Part shown: in pieces, positions 12,598-23,547 of the stretch
Position numbering within the stretch: position 1 is the stretch's first letter
Layout: each line of letters starts with the position of its first letter
Origin: Leucoraja erinacea
Taxonomy: Eukaryota
NCBI RefSeq assembly: GCF_028641065.1
Contig: NC_073387.1
Location: 29,140,001-29,204,000, forward strand
Reading direction: 5' to 3'
Length of the DNA: 64,000 bases
Made by a program: the position numbers and the translations under genes
The notes under the pieces: generated by a model
The model's database searches: none
Seen by the model: the letters and a program-made list of their open reading frames with translations, nothing else
What the model was told of the DNA's origin: nothing

Positions 12598-14054
12598 GTA
12601 GGTATGTTACAAAACCTACCTGAATCGTGGCTGAGAATCTGCCTCAGGCCGTGTGTGTGATTTTGGCGCTGTTTAGAGGGGGCGGGTTTAAAACGCGATT
12701 TTTACTAGGCTGTTGCAATCGAAAATGTTCAGCCTAGTAAATCATTAACGGAAAATCGCTGAAAGACCCCGTCGCAAAAGGTATTATTAGTTTTTATGGC
12801 CTTGTAAAATAGTTAGAGTAGTTTAAAAATCACTCTCTGAACTCGCAACCTCTCGCAGCCCCAGGGTTTTATAAAGCAAACAATTAAAGGCATGTACCTT
12901 ATTTTTACATTAAATGGAGCATGTATATAACCGTGTATATAAAGTTTTCTATAGCGAGTAGCTCATTTTGGGCTCTTTATATCCCGCAGTATTTTTCTGG
13001 GCATTTGAGGGCACAAATCCAGCGCAATGTGAACGTTCTAAACCAGCGCGTTCACAGGAACCCACTAGAAAGCCGATTTAAATTGACTTTAATTTACAGC
13101 AATTGAACACTAAATTCCTTCCATTTGGCCTATAAATTGATGTAAATGAGATTTAAAAATCATGTTTTATTGTGAATTATTTGTGAATATTATTTGGACA
13201 CTTGGGCTATTTAAAAATGTTAATCATTTATTAAGAAATGGATAGATGTTTAGATCTAGTAAATTGAAGTTTGAAATTAGCTACAATTGGGTAACTATCT
13301 AATTATATGCTTTAATTTCAGGTCATCCAAGTTAGATTATTTTATATTTGTTTCAGAATGGTTCAATCTATGATAACTGAACATTTCATTCAGTTCTCTT
13401 AATTTTTAAGAAGGTTATGTGCTTTTGACTGTCCACGATCACAGCTTTTTTGTTATGTCCATAGAAAATCAATAGGGTGATTTCACTAAAGGTCACTGGA
13501 GCGTAGATAAGTTAATAATGCCTTACTTTTGATGAAATTCAGCGAGCAAACGCGATAATTCCCGATATTTTGGACCTGTAAATATCCACGGCAAATGTCG
13601 GCTGTTCATTTCCGCCGGTTTGGCACCTTCAGTTCCCTCTTGAATTTACCTTACTTGCTATCTTTTTTTTTCCCTGTAAACCTAGGTAGCTGTGCCTCAC
13701 GGTCACCCCGACTGGCACAGTAAATTGCAGCTCACAACCTCGCCGTTTTCTATGTTTTTAACGGGTGGGAAAATGCGTTTTTTCCCATCCACTAACATGT
13801 ACCGAACCCTCGAGTGTCCTCCACTTGAGAATTTTGGTCACGTGGGTGCGGATCTACGCTCCAGTGACCTTTAGTGAAATCACCCTATAGGGAACAAGAT
13901 GCTAATTTCCGAGTATGAAAATGGCCATAACTTTTTTATTACTTGAGATATGAAAGTGAATTAGGTGTCAAATTAAACTTATTGTTATGCCTTATCTGAT
14001 GGGATAAATTGCAGACTTGATTTTTTAAATCTCAAAATTTTGTAACATTGCTAC
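12598..14054. mobile_element. Non-autonomous TIR DNA transposon (unclassified), hosts MITE copy C
   Basis: Imperfect 17-bp TIRs GTAGGTATGTTACAAAA / TTTTGTAACATTGCTAC; flanking 5-bp duplication CTATA at 12593-12597 and 14055-14059. Confidence 0.65.
13474..13886. mobile_element. Palindromic MITE-like element, copy C (left arm mostly deleted)
   Basis: TIRs AGGGTGATTTCACTAAAGGTCACTGGAGCGTAGAT and its reverse complement; right arm is the inverse of 12175-12545. Confidence 0.8.
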
Positions 14055-14094
14055 CTATAGTGGATAGTTTATAGCTTTTTGCATTTGTTGTAAT

Positions 14095-14325
14095 CCTTGC
14101 TTCCCCTTTCTCTTCGTCCTTCTCCCACCCTAGTTCGCCGACTAGTTTCGTTGTCCTTCTGATTAATGTTACCGATTGTATGCCTCGTCACCTTCCCCTC
14201 AGCTAACAATGAACCATTCTACATTTCTAACCATTGTCTGCTTTGATCTCTAGATTCCCCGGCCCCTCAGTCTGAAGAAGGGTCTCGACCCATGCCTTTT
14301 CTCCACAGATGCTGCCTCCAGCATT
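14095..14325 (+). mobile_element. Penelope-derived pLTR fragment
   Basis: ctgaagaagggtctcgaccc at 14272-14291 (GAAAC deleted) followed by ctccacagatgctgcc. Confidence 0.65.
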
Positions 14326-14359
14326 CCTTCCACTGCCAATTTACAACGGTTTGCAGACA

Positions 14360-14800
14360 ATAGACCCGAGACTCAGCGCTCCCGCGTAAACCTTCGGAAG
14401 CACAGATTCTACCTTAAAGGTAAGGCAGTGATATTACTGCCTAAATACTGTGACGAGTAATATCTGTCTTCGTTGTGGTTCTGGATCCTGGTGAAGGGTC
14501 AGGAACTGCAATTCCCGGCATGCGACAGCTTTTTGCGTCGAGCGGAAGCGAAGGGAGGATTTCCGTCGAGCGGTTTGTGCGCAATCACTGGGAGGATTCG
14601 GGGGTGAAGGAGCAGGTGAGTTGTGGTGAGTTGTGGTGAGCGGCTGTTGGGGGCTCAGGGCGACTGTGGCGCTCGCTGCGTTCCGGCACCTTGACCGTTT
14701 GGTTCAGGCCTCTGGGGGGGAATGTCGCCTACGACTGGACGCGGTGGTGACAGGCGGCCCCCGCATGACAAGTGTGGTCAGTCTCGGTGTTTTCCCTTCA
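14360..14800 (+). promoter_or_regulatory. TTC1: CpG-rich TTC1 promoter / first-exon region with ZNF143-like and ETS-like sites
   Basis: Local CpG enrichment. ACTGCAATTCCCGGCATGC at 14505-14523 has 2 mismatches to the ZNF143 SBS ACTACAATTCCCAGCATGC. CGGAAG at 14543-14548 and ATTTCCG at 14559-14565. Confidence 0.7.
14550..14615 (+). other. TTC1: TTC1 non-coding exon 1 (start approximate)
   Basis: Strong donor CAG|GTGAGT at 14615/14616, just downstream of the promoter motifs and 1.4 kb upstream of the ATG exon. Confidence 0.6.
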
Positions 14801-14817
14801 CAACCGGGCCGGGAACT

Positions 14818-14910
14818 CTGAAGAAGGGTCTCGACCTGGAACGTCACCCCTTCCTTCTCTCCAGAGATGCTGCCTATCCCTCTGAGTTACTCCAGCATTT
14901 TGTGTCTACC
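14818..14910 (+). mobile_element. Penelope-derived short repeat with mutated hammerhead core
   Basis: CTGAAGAAGGGTCTCGACCTGGAACGTCA (GAAAC changed to GGAAC) followed by the family consensus. Confidence 0.75.
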
Positions 14911-16059
14911 TCCGGCAGCTCATAACCCCTGGCTTGAACACTACCTCGACCCCCGCCCGAAACTGCAGCGCAGTTCCAGAATCTTCTATTTTTATCTCGT
15001 AGTCTCGGCTGGATTGTCTCCACTTCTCCCAACAGGGTCGTGGGTCTCCTTTAACATTTAAAGCTGACAGCAACAGAAGTCTCGATTCTTCCTGGATGCT
15101 TCCCTAGAATAACAGTCCAAACACAGTGATTTGGATTAGGCCTGGGAACAAATGCCAGTTTACCAGGCGGGGCACGAAATATAGTGAAATGAACCGCTAC
15201 ACTTTTGTAACCTCTGTACAGTGACGACCTCACAAGTGCGTGATCGATTTTTGTTTACAAGTTACCATATTGTTGTTTGGGACTATTAGTTTATGGCAGC
15301 AAATTTAACGCCCAGTAGAATCAAAATCTTGTAGATGCTGGAAATCTGAAACGAATAAGGAAAGTGAAACTACTTGGCTGGTGAAGCAGCAACTGGAGTG
15401 AGACTCTGTGGAGTGTTTCAGCATTGTGCAATCATAAAATAGAAAGATAAATGGAATCTTCTCAAAATATTTTCAGTAATAGTTTTTACATCTCTTGTAG
15501 GCTTCATTCAAAAACGTTACAATTTAAAGTGTAGTCAGGGTGTCAGTGCATTTAACACGTCTTCCTAAATTGTGCTACCAGTAATGCAATGTTGATTGGA
15601 TCTGTTTAATAATTTCATTTGGGAGATAGGTTTTAGCTATTACTTCTTTAAATAATATACTCTGACATGATGCCATCACAGACCTGTGCTAGCAGATGAT
15701 AACTTGGTTTAATGCACATTATAAAACATGACCTTTTAATAGCTCTTGAACAAAAGTTGATATCTATATGCACCCCTGCAAAACTGACTTTTTCAAAAAT
15801 GATTTCTGTGTATTTCAACAATTATAGGAGAGTATGAGTTAACAGAAAGAAAGATTCACTTGCTGTTGAAATGTTTTTTTTGCTTGTTGAGAAATGATAT
15901 TGTGAACAGTTTCAAGAATGTTTCTATTATTTGAGTGTAGTTACATTTTCAATTATTATACCTTTCAGGTTCAGAGCTACATTGAATATGTTATTGAGCA
16001 ATATAATTGGTTATTGTGACCTTCGTTTTCCTTTCTGATTTAAGAAATTTGACTTGCAA

Positions 16060-16458
16060 ATGGATAGAGAATCAGAAGAGAGAAAGATTCTTGAAAAATT
16101 GGGGACTTGTTTAAACATTTCAGTTGATGAGACAGAGAAGCAGAATGTATTTGCTGACCAAGTAAGTTGCAAAACAACTTCGTGCAGGCTATCCACGGTG
16201 GATAGTGATGTTTCGGGAGCCGATGGTAATGTTGAGAAGCCACAATTAGATAATAGTGCTAATGATCAAGAGTTAGCAGAAGAACATTTCTTTGAATGCA
16301 AAGAATCACTTGAGACTGATGGATTTGCAGACGTGGAAGAAGATGAGACAAATGGGGAACAAGAGAGTGATTCTGAAATAAACGAAACCAACAAGCTTGA
16401 ATTTGATGAAGAATATTTGCGAGAATTGGAAAAAGATCTGCCTGAAGAAGAGAAAAAG
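16060..16458 (+). CDS. TTC1: TTC1 coding exon 1 (acidic N-terminus, 133 codons)
   Basis: MDRESEERKILEK...FDEEYLRELEKDLPEEEKK, similar to the TTC1 segment LDEEYLIELEKNMSDEEKQK; donor AAG|GTAAGC, phase 0. Confidence 0.92.
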
Positions 16459-16609
16459 GTAAGCAATGTGACTTTCCTTGTATCATGGCAAGATTTGTTT
16501 TGGATTTGAATTTGTTTTTTAAAGCCTGTGATTGTCTTCTGCATTTAGCATTGAAGTACTGAATCAAAATCTAACTGATAACTAAGCTTTCGTTTCTGGG
16601 TATCAAATA

Positions 16610-16787
16610 GGCCAATTAATAACCTAAAAAACCCACACGTCTTTGGAGTGTGGGAGGACATCAGAGCACCCGGAGGCAACCCATGCAGCCATGGGGAGAA
16701 CATGCAAACTACACACAGCACCCGAGGTCAAGATTGAGCCCGTAACCCTGGTGCTGTGAGACAGCAGCTACCAGTTGCACCACTGTT
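16610..16787 (-). mobile_element. HE1/V-SINE-like tRNA-derived SINE
   Basis: gtctttggagtgtgggagg...gagcacccggagg.aacccatgcag..atggggagaacatgcaaact; tRNA-like head at the right end. Confidence 0.8.
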
Positions 16788-16807
16788 GCTGGAAGCTCTG
16801 CTACTTA

Positions 16808-17090
16808 TAGGGTGAGGAAGCGTAGATCACGTTTTTAGTCTCTCCATTTGGGCACTTTCCCACCCTCAATTTTTTGTACTAGTTAATCATTAATTTTTAG
16901 AAATTGCGAATGAAGGTAGAAAGCGGCGTACAAGTCTTGGCTGAGATCCAAAAATCGAATTACCGCGTTTGCTCCATCAAAAATGTTAATAATTTATTCT
17001 CAGCGACAAACGCGATAATCCCGATATCTTGGATTTCAAACAAGAACTTATTTCTACCTTCAGTTCCCTCTTGTAATTAAATCTTTTTTT
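16808..17090. mobile_element. Degenerate third copy of the palindromic MITE family
   Basis: tatagggtga..gcgtagatc, gcactttcccaccc, aaacgcgataatcccgatat and accttcagttccctctt are shared with 12175-13886. Confidence 0.6.
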
Positions 17091-17656
17091 GTGCCAGTTT
17101 TGTATACCTGTAACCTTTGACATGATCTTGTCCATTCTTCCATAAATCCATTCCAGCATGCCTTGGTGCTTTTGACATAATAGTAATAGTAATAATAATA
17201 TGTAAATATTTCAGGCTACTTTAATATATAAAATTTGCCATTACCTACTGGGTAACCATTATCATGTCACTGACCAGAGCATCATTCAAATGTTATGGAA
17301 TTTATTCGTAGTCTACATGCACTGTGACATCCATAAAGCAAAGTGAATGAAGTATAAATTTTAGTTCATATATTTTATTGGTAGAGGACAAAGACCAATC
17401 AAGTAGGCCTTGCCGTATTTTTTTGACTGGGCATGAGGAAAGTTCTGGAAATTGGAACGCTGAAGCCACGTTTCGTGATTTGACATTTTATATTTGGGGG
17501 TGATCACATGCATTGATCTCTCAGATGTCTGTCTTAACAATTTACGCAAAGTCTGGTAAAGCTTGTCAAAAATCAACGGCCAGTCTGAATTTGTTGAATC
17601 TTACAATAACTTGTGAAATTATTTTTTTATAGTTTGACAACATTTCTGTTTTGCAG

Positions 17657-17717
17657 CGAAGAGAAATTGAGAGTTTGACGCTAAAAGAAGTTGGCAATGG
17701 GCAATTTAAAAAAGCAG
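17657..17717 (+). CDS. TTC1: TTC1 coding exon 2 (61 nt)
   Basis: ttgcag|RREIESLTLKEVGNGQFKKA|gtaggc; start of TPR1. Confidence 0.95.
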
Positions 17718-17811
17718 GTAGGCGTTTCAGAATTTAATCCAAGTCTGATGGCATTAGACAAATATTAAAGCATCATTCATGTTCTTCGGCATGATAATTT
17801 CGAAAAATAGG

Positions 17812-18218
17812 GCACTGCAGATGCTGGTTTACAAAAGAGATACAAAGTGCTGGAATAGCTCAGCTGGTCGGGCAGCATCTCTTAAGGAACGTGGATAGGT
17901 GACGTTTAGGTTCGTGCCGGATCCCCTTCTACGTACATTCCTTCCTCTAGCATCACAATTTGCAACTTCATTCCTTTTGACTCATACCTTCTGTCTTTTC
18001 ATCTCTGGCCTTTATTCTGGCCAATCAAAAAAACATCTCTTCTGTAATCACCCATTATTTGCCAGCATCCTTCCCCCTTCTCTCGTCTAGCTTTCTTTCC
18101 TTACCACCCCCGCCCCACTGCAATCAGACTGAAGAAGGGTCCCGACCCAAAATGTCACTTGCCCATGCTCTCCACAGATGTTACCTGACCTGCTGAGTTA
18201 CTCCTGCACTGTGTCTTT
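17812..18218. mobile_element. Inverted pair of Penelope-derived pLTR fragments
   Basis: 17830-17930 is the diverged reverse complement of 18128-18218, with a ~200-bp spacer. Confidence 0.7.
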
Positions 18219-18529
18219 TCATGGTAACTTGAAATAGTTTTTAACTTAATCATCTATGCATTAGCCAATCCTGCGTTGCTGGTCTTGCCTTTTGTAGGTA
18301 GTAGCTATTCTGTTCGGAAATGTTAGCCATGTACATGTAAAAACAGAAAATGCTGTAAATATTGAGCAGGTCCAGTAACACGTGGAGAGTGAAAGAATTA
18401 AAATTTAAGGTTGATTGTTCTTCATCTAAATTGGGTAAAGAGTGAAACCAAGTTTGTTTTGATGTGCAGAGAATGTCATAGGGACATAGTCTGTCCATTC
18501 CCTCTACATTCCACTAACACTGTGTTTTG

Positions 18530-19095
18530 CTGAAGTACAGAGAGACCTTGCTGTTGTTGTGCATGAATCTCTATAACTATCGGGACGGTGCAGCAGGTAG
18601 ATAGATAGGAAAATAGTATATTGACCTTTATTACATGCAGGTTAGAGTTTAAAAATGCGGAAATATTGTTAGAATTGTAAATTAGGCTACATCTGGAGAG
18701 CTGTGCAGTTTTGGTCCTCTTATTTAAGAAAGAATGTACTAGCTTTGGAGACGGTCCAAAAGTAATTTGTGGAATTGGCTACTAAAGAAGTTGTTCTTTG
18801 GGGTTCAAAAGAATGGGTGGTATTGTTATGCAAGCTCGTAAAAGGCTAGACAGTATAAATGATCAGACGTTTACACTAGTGGAAGAGTCTCGAATGAGGA
18901 GAGAAGGGAGCAGCCATTTAAACCGGAGATACATATAAATCACTTTGCATAAAATATGGTGAATCTCGGGAATTCTCTAGCCTGGAGGTTTGTGAAAGGG
19001 TTAGTTAGGTATTTGGAGAGGAGATAAATGAATGTTTAAAAGAATTAGGGGATGGCACAGAGTAAGATTTAAAACCTAGGGCAGATCAATTATGA
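18530..19095 (+). mobile_element. Old degenerate CR1 LINE 3' portion
   Basis: Decayed RPHLEYCVQFWSP region (ggctacatctggagagctgtgcagttttggtcc) and a 3' UTR-like tail. Confidence 0.6.
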
Positions 19096-19329
19096 CATTA
19101 ATTTTTTGTGTAGGCTACGGTGGGGACGCCATGTGTCTGCATTTGATTTGTGCTCTTATTCATTCTTTGTAGAGGGGACCACATGTTGAACACTGAATGC
19201 AATATACGACAGGTCCACCACCAATTTTCCAGCATCTCTGGTTCCAGAGCCGTGCCAAATTTTCTGTTTTGCTGGACAAATAGAGGTCACGTAATAATGA
19301 TAAAACAACACACCTCTGGCCTACTAATT

Positions 19330-19550
19330 ATGCTGTCTGTACATGGTCTGCCCATTCTTCCTGTGACCGCATGGGTTTTCTCCGGGTACTCCAGTTTCCT
19401 CCCTCACTCCAAAGATGTACAGGTTTGTAGATTAATTGGTTTTGGTAAATTTAAATTGTCCCAAGTGTGTAGGATAGTGCTAGTGTATGGGGTGATTGCT
19501 GGTCTTGGTGGGCCGAAGGGCCTGATTTTGGGCTGTATCTCTAAAGTCTA
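19330..19550 (+). mobile_element. HE1/V-SINE-like SINE (5' truncated)
   Basis: gtgaccgcatgggttttctccgggtactccagtttcctccc.cactccaaaga ... gggccgaagggcctg tail. Confidence 0.8.
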
Positions 19551-19693
19551 GTGGATGCAAGAGAGCCAGAGAAAGTTGGGAAATGATCAACGTGATGCAA
19601 GACTGCAAAACATTCGTTATTTTTTTTTTCTACATATTCATTATGCAGAAAGATTAGTCGTACATAATCTTTGATCTGTTTTAATTTACTTAG

Positions 19694-19806
19694 AGTATCC
19701 AGAGGCTGAGAGCTCATACACAGAAGCTCTTGGTATTTGCCCGGCCTGCAACCAGAAGGATAGATCTATTCTCTATTCCAATAGAGCTGCTGCTAGAATT
19801 AAACTG
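19694..19806 (+). CDS. TTC1: TTC1 coding exon 3 (113 nt)
   Basis: tag|(E)YPEAESSYTEALGICPACNQKDRSILYSNRAAARIKL|gtaagc. Confidence 0.96.
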
Positions 19807-21322
19807 GTAAGCATTTCTCACTTGTGGCTTCAAGTCTTCAAATGGATTTTTAAATGAATGGGTCAGCATAGATTAACTGTTTAAAAGATAACCAAAAAGA
19901 CAATACGGGGAGAAAAGATGAGGTACGATGGTAAGCTAGCCAAGACTATAAAGCAGGATAGTAAAAGCTTCTTTAGGTATGTGAAGAGGAAAAAATTAGT
20001 TAAGACCAAAGTTGGACCCTTGAAGACCGAAAAAGGTGAATTTATTATGGGGAACAAGGAAATGGCAGATGAGTTGAACAGGTACTTTGGATCTGTCCTC
20101 ACTAAGGAGGACACAAACAATCTTCCTGATATAGCAGTGGCCAGAGGATCTGGGGTGACAGAGGAACTGAAGGAAATCCACATTAGGCAGGTAATGGTAT
20201 TAGATAGACTGATGGGACTGAAGGCTGATAAATCCCCAGGGCCTGATGGTCTGCATCCCAGGGTACTTAAGGAAGTGGCTCGAGAAATTGTGGATGTATT
20301 GGTGATAATTTTCCAATGTTCTATAGACTCGGGATCAGTTCCTGTGGATTGGAGGGTAGCTAATGTTATCCCACCTTTTAAGAAAGGCAGGAGAGAGAAA
20401 GCAGGGAATTATAGACCAGTTAGCCTGACATCGGTGGTGGGGAAGATGCTGGAGTCAATTATAAAAGATGAAATAGCCGCATATTTGGATAGCAGTAACA
20501 GGATCGGTCTGAGTCAGCATGGATTTATGAAGGGGACATCATGCTTGACTAATCTTCTGGAATTTTTTGAAGATGTAACTAGGAAAATGGACATGGGAGA
20601 GCCAGTGGATGTAGTGTACCTGGACTTTCAGAAAGCATTTGATAAGGTCCCACACAGGAGATTAGTGGGCAAAATTAGGGCACATGATATTGGGGGTAGA
20701 GTGCTGACATGAATAGAGAAGTGGTTGGCAGACAGGAAACAAAGAGTAGGGATTAACGGGTCCCTTTCAGAATGGCAGGCAGTGACTAGTGGGGTACCAC
20801 AAAGCTCGGTGCTGGGACCACAGCTATTTACAATATACATCAATGATTTTGATGAAGGGATCAAAGTAACATTAGCAAATTTGCAGCTGACACAAAGCTG
20901 GGTGGCATTGTGAACTGTGAGAAGGATGCTATGAGAATGCAGGGTGACTTGGACAGGTTGGGGGAGTGGGCAGATGCATGGCAGATGAAGTTTAATGCAG
21001 ATAAATGTGAGGTTATCCACTTTGGTAGCAAAAACAGGAAGGTAGATTACTATCTAAATGGCGTCAAGTTGGGAAAAGGGGAAGTACAACAGGATCTGGG
21101 GGTCCTTGTACATCAGTCTATGAAGGTAAGCATGCAAGTCAGGGCTCTCGCTTAACCTTTTTTCCCTGTTGCCAGCCGGGCAACCTTGACAGCTTTTTAG
21201 GTTGCCAAATGACAGTTTAGGTGGTCATTTAAGACGGTTTGCATGACGCGTGCAATAATGTGCTCGGACGAAGTGCGTAGTTACCAGTCAGAATTATGCT
21301 CAATGAAGCATTCACATATTAT

Positions 21323-21540
21323 GTTCAAGAAGGAACTGCAGATGCTGGAAAATCGAAGGTAGACAAAAGTGCTGGAGAAACTCAGCGGGTGCAGCAGCAT
21401 CTATGGAGCGAAGGAAATAGGCAACGTTTCAGGCCGAAACCCATCAGTCTGAAGAAGGGTTTTGGCCTGAAACTCTGCCTATTTCCTTCGCTCCATAGAT
21501 GCTGCCGCAACCGCTGAGTTTCTCCAGCACTTTTGTCTAC
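21323..21540. mobile_element. Palindromic Penelope-derived hammerhead cassette with TSD
   Basis: 84-bp inverted arms 21359-21442 / 21457-21540; direct repeat CATTCACATATTAT at 21309-21322 and 21540-21553. Confidence 0.85.
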
Positions 21541-22324
21541 ATTCACATATTATTTCTGCTTCAAATAACTCGCAAACTAAACATATTCACCAATCAAGAC
21601 AATGACATGCAGCAAAATTATAAATTAATATCTCAACTCTTTTTACACATTTCAATTAATGCAATTTCTATTGGTTCTTTCCATTACCAAACAAAAATGT
21701 GGTTGGATTATTCAGCGTATGATCAACCTGTGTCAATAAATCCTGGACCATGGTAACATATATGCTTAACCATACACACTACAGATTGATGCAAGCATGT
21801 TTTCTGTGAAGGACCAAAAATTACCATGACATGGCCATAGCATGGGTCTTTATTGCTATTGGCACAGAAACACTCTGGCTTCCCACATAATTTATCCATA
21901 ACAAAATATACAGGTTGCAAGGAAATTTCTAAAGGCATTTTATGATGATAGCTGTTAAAACCGACTATACCCATCTGACAGTTTAAACATGACACTAACT
22001 GACAAGAGATGGCCAAAGGACATAACTGCAGCAAATGTTCTTTTGGTAATATGTTTAAAAGTGTCAAAACAAATAATAAAATTGGGAATTAAAACACATT
22101 TGATTCCATTCCGTTATCAAACATAGTCAATGTTCGCTCTGAAGACCATGAAGCACAATATGGTCAGGGGATGTGTGAATCAGTGCGGGGTGGATAGATG
22201 GCGGGGGGTTGAGAAGGCAATCGGTGCGGGATGGATGGATTGAGGCAGGTGAATTAGTACGTGTTGGTTGGAGTATGTAAAATTGTGAGGGGAGAGCACG
22301 GAGGATGTCAGTGGTGTTGAATGC

Positions 22325-22875
22325 GGGGATCAGTACGGGATGGATGGGGGGGGGGGATCAGTACAGGATGAATGGAGGTAGACAAAAATGCTGGAGAAAT
22401 TCAGCGGGTGAGGCAGCATCTATGGAGCTAAGGAAATGGGCAACGTTTCGGGTCGAGACCCTTCTTCAGATTGTTCCCCCCATTCTTCTTGAATGGGGGG
22501 TTCAGTACAGGATGGATGGAGGGGGAGCACAGGATGGATGGGGGGGGGATCAGTACAGGATGAATGGGGGAGCAGTACGGGATGAATGAGCGGAGCAGCA
22601 CAGGATGAATGGGAGGATCAGTGCAGGATGAATGGGGGATCACTATAGAATGAATGGGGGATCAGTACGGGATGAATGAGGGGATCAGTACAGGATGCAT
22701 GAGGGGTTCAGTACAGGATGAATGGTGAATCAGTAAAAGACAAATGGGGAGATCACTACAGGATTGGTGCAGGGTAAATGGAGGGTGGGTCAGTACGAAT
22801 GAATGGGAGGAGAAGTGCAGGATGGATGGGAAGGGGGGGTCAGTACAGGATGAATTGGGGGACCAGTGTAGGATT
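22325..22875 (+). repeat. G-rich ~22-bp minisatellite inside the composite transposon
   Basis: Repeated GGATCAGTACAGGATGAATGGGG variants, interrupted by a Penelope-derived repeat at ~22378-22470. Confidence 0.85.
22442..22469 (-). ncRNA. Minimal type I hammerhead ribozyme core (Penelope-type)
   Basis: Minus strand reads CTGAAGA-A-GGGT CTCG ACCC-GAAAC-GTT. Confidence 0.6.
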
Positions 22876-23309
22876 GATGGGGGGGGGGGGGGCTGGCAGG
22901 AAAATCACTGCGAGGTGGGTAGGGTGAAGAATAGATGGGGGGGGGGGTAGATGGGGAGGGGAGCACAGGGGATGTCAGTGAGGACTGAAGAGAAGAGGAA
23001 ATGGGGATCAGTGCGGAATGGAGAGGAGGGGTCCCAGGATAATAGGGATGGAGGTGGGCGCACGAGAGAGAGATAGAGAGAGAGAGGGGGGGTTGGGGTA
23101 AGGGGCAGTGGAGGTGGGAAGGAAGGAAGGTCAGCGCTCCTTGGACAACATCGCCCCGCTGCCTTGTCCATTCCTGTCCAACGCCAAAGTGCCGCCGCCT
23201 CCTCTCCGCCAGCCGACAGGAAGGTGCGGGGCCGAGCGGTGCAGCTCAAAGATCCTATAGCTATGGATCTTTGGTGCAGCTGCTTCAGACGGTGGAAGGA
23301 GACCTCCTT

Positions 23310-23350
<41 letters not shown>

Positions 23351-23512
23351 CCTCCTCCCGGCCTCGGCGTGCGAGAGGGGTTGTTTGGACAGCGCCGTTG
23401 GTGGATTTGCTGGCAGCGGCCGTTATCAGGGCGATAGCGGCCGCTGCTTGCAAATCCGACAAGGCGCTTTCAAAACAACCCCTCTCGCATGCCGAGGCCG
23501 AGAGGAGGGAGG

Positions 23513-23547
<35 letters not shown>

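Noticed and set aside
16054-16509. 151-aa stand-alone ORF
   Set aside because: It is the first TTC1 coding exon read through its donor at 16458; the real start is ATG 16060, not the TTG.
16720-16787. tRNA gene
   Set aside because: Decayed tRNA-derived SINE head with no intact cloverleaf.
19918-20712. 264-aa RT ORF as an active or domesticated gene
   Set aside because: 5'-truncated CR1 ORF2 with a premature stop, frameshifts and a 2.76-kb insertion.
22325-22875. CRISPR-like regularly repeated units
   Set aside because: Head-to-tail minisatellite with no unique spacers, no cas genes, eukaryotic context.
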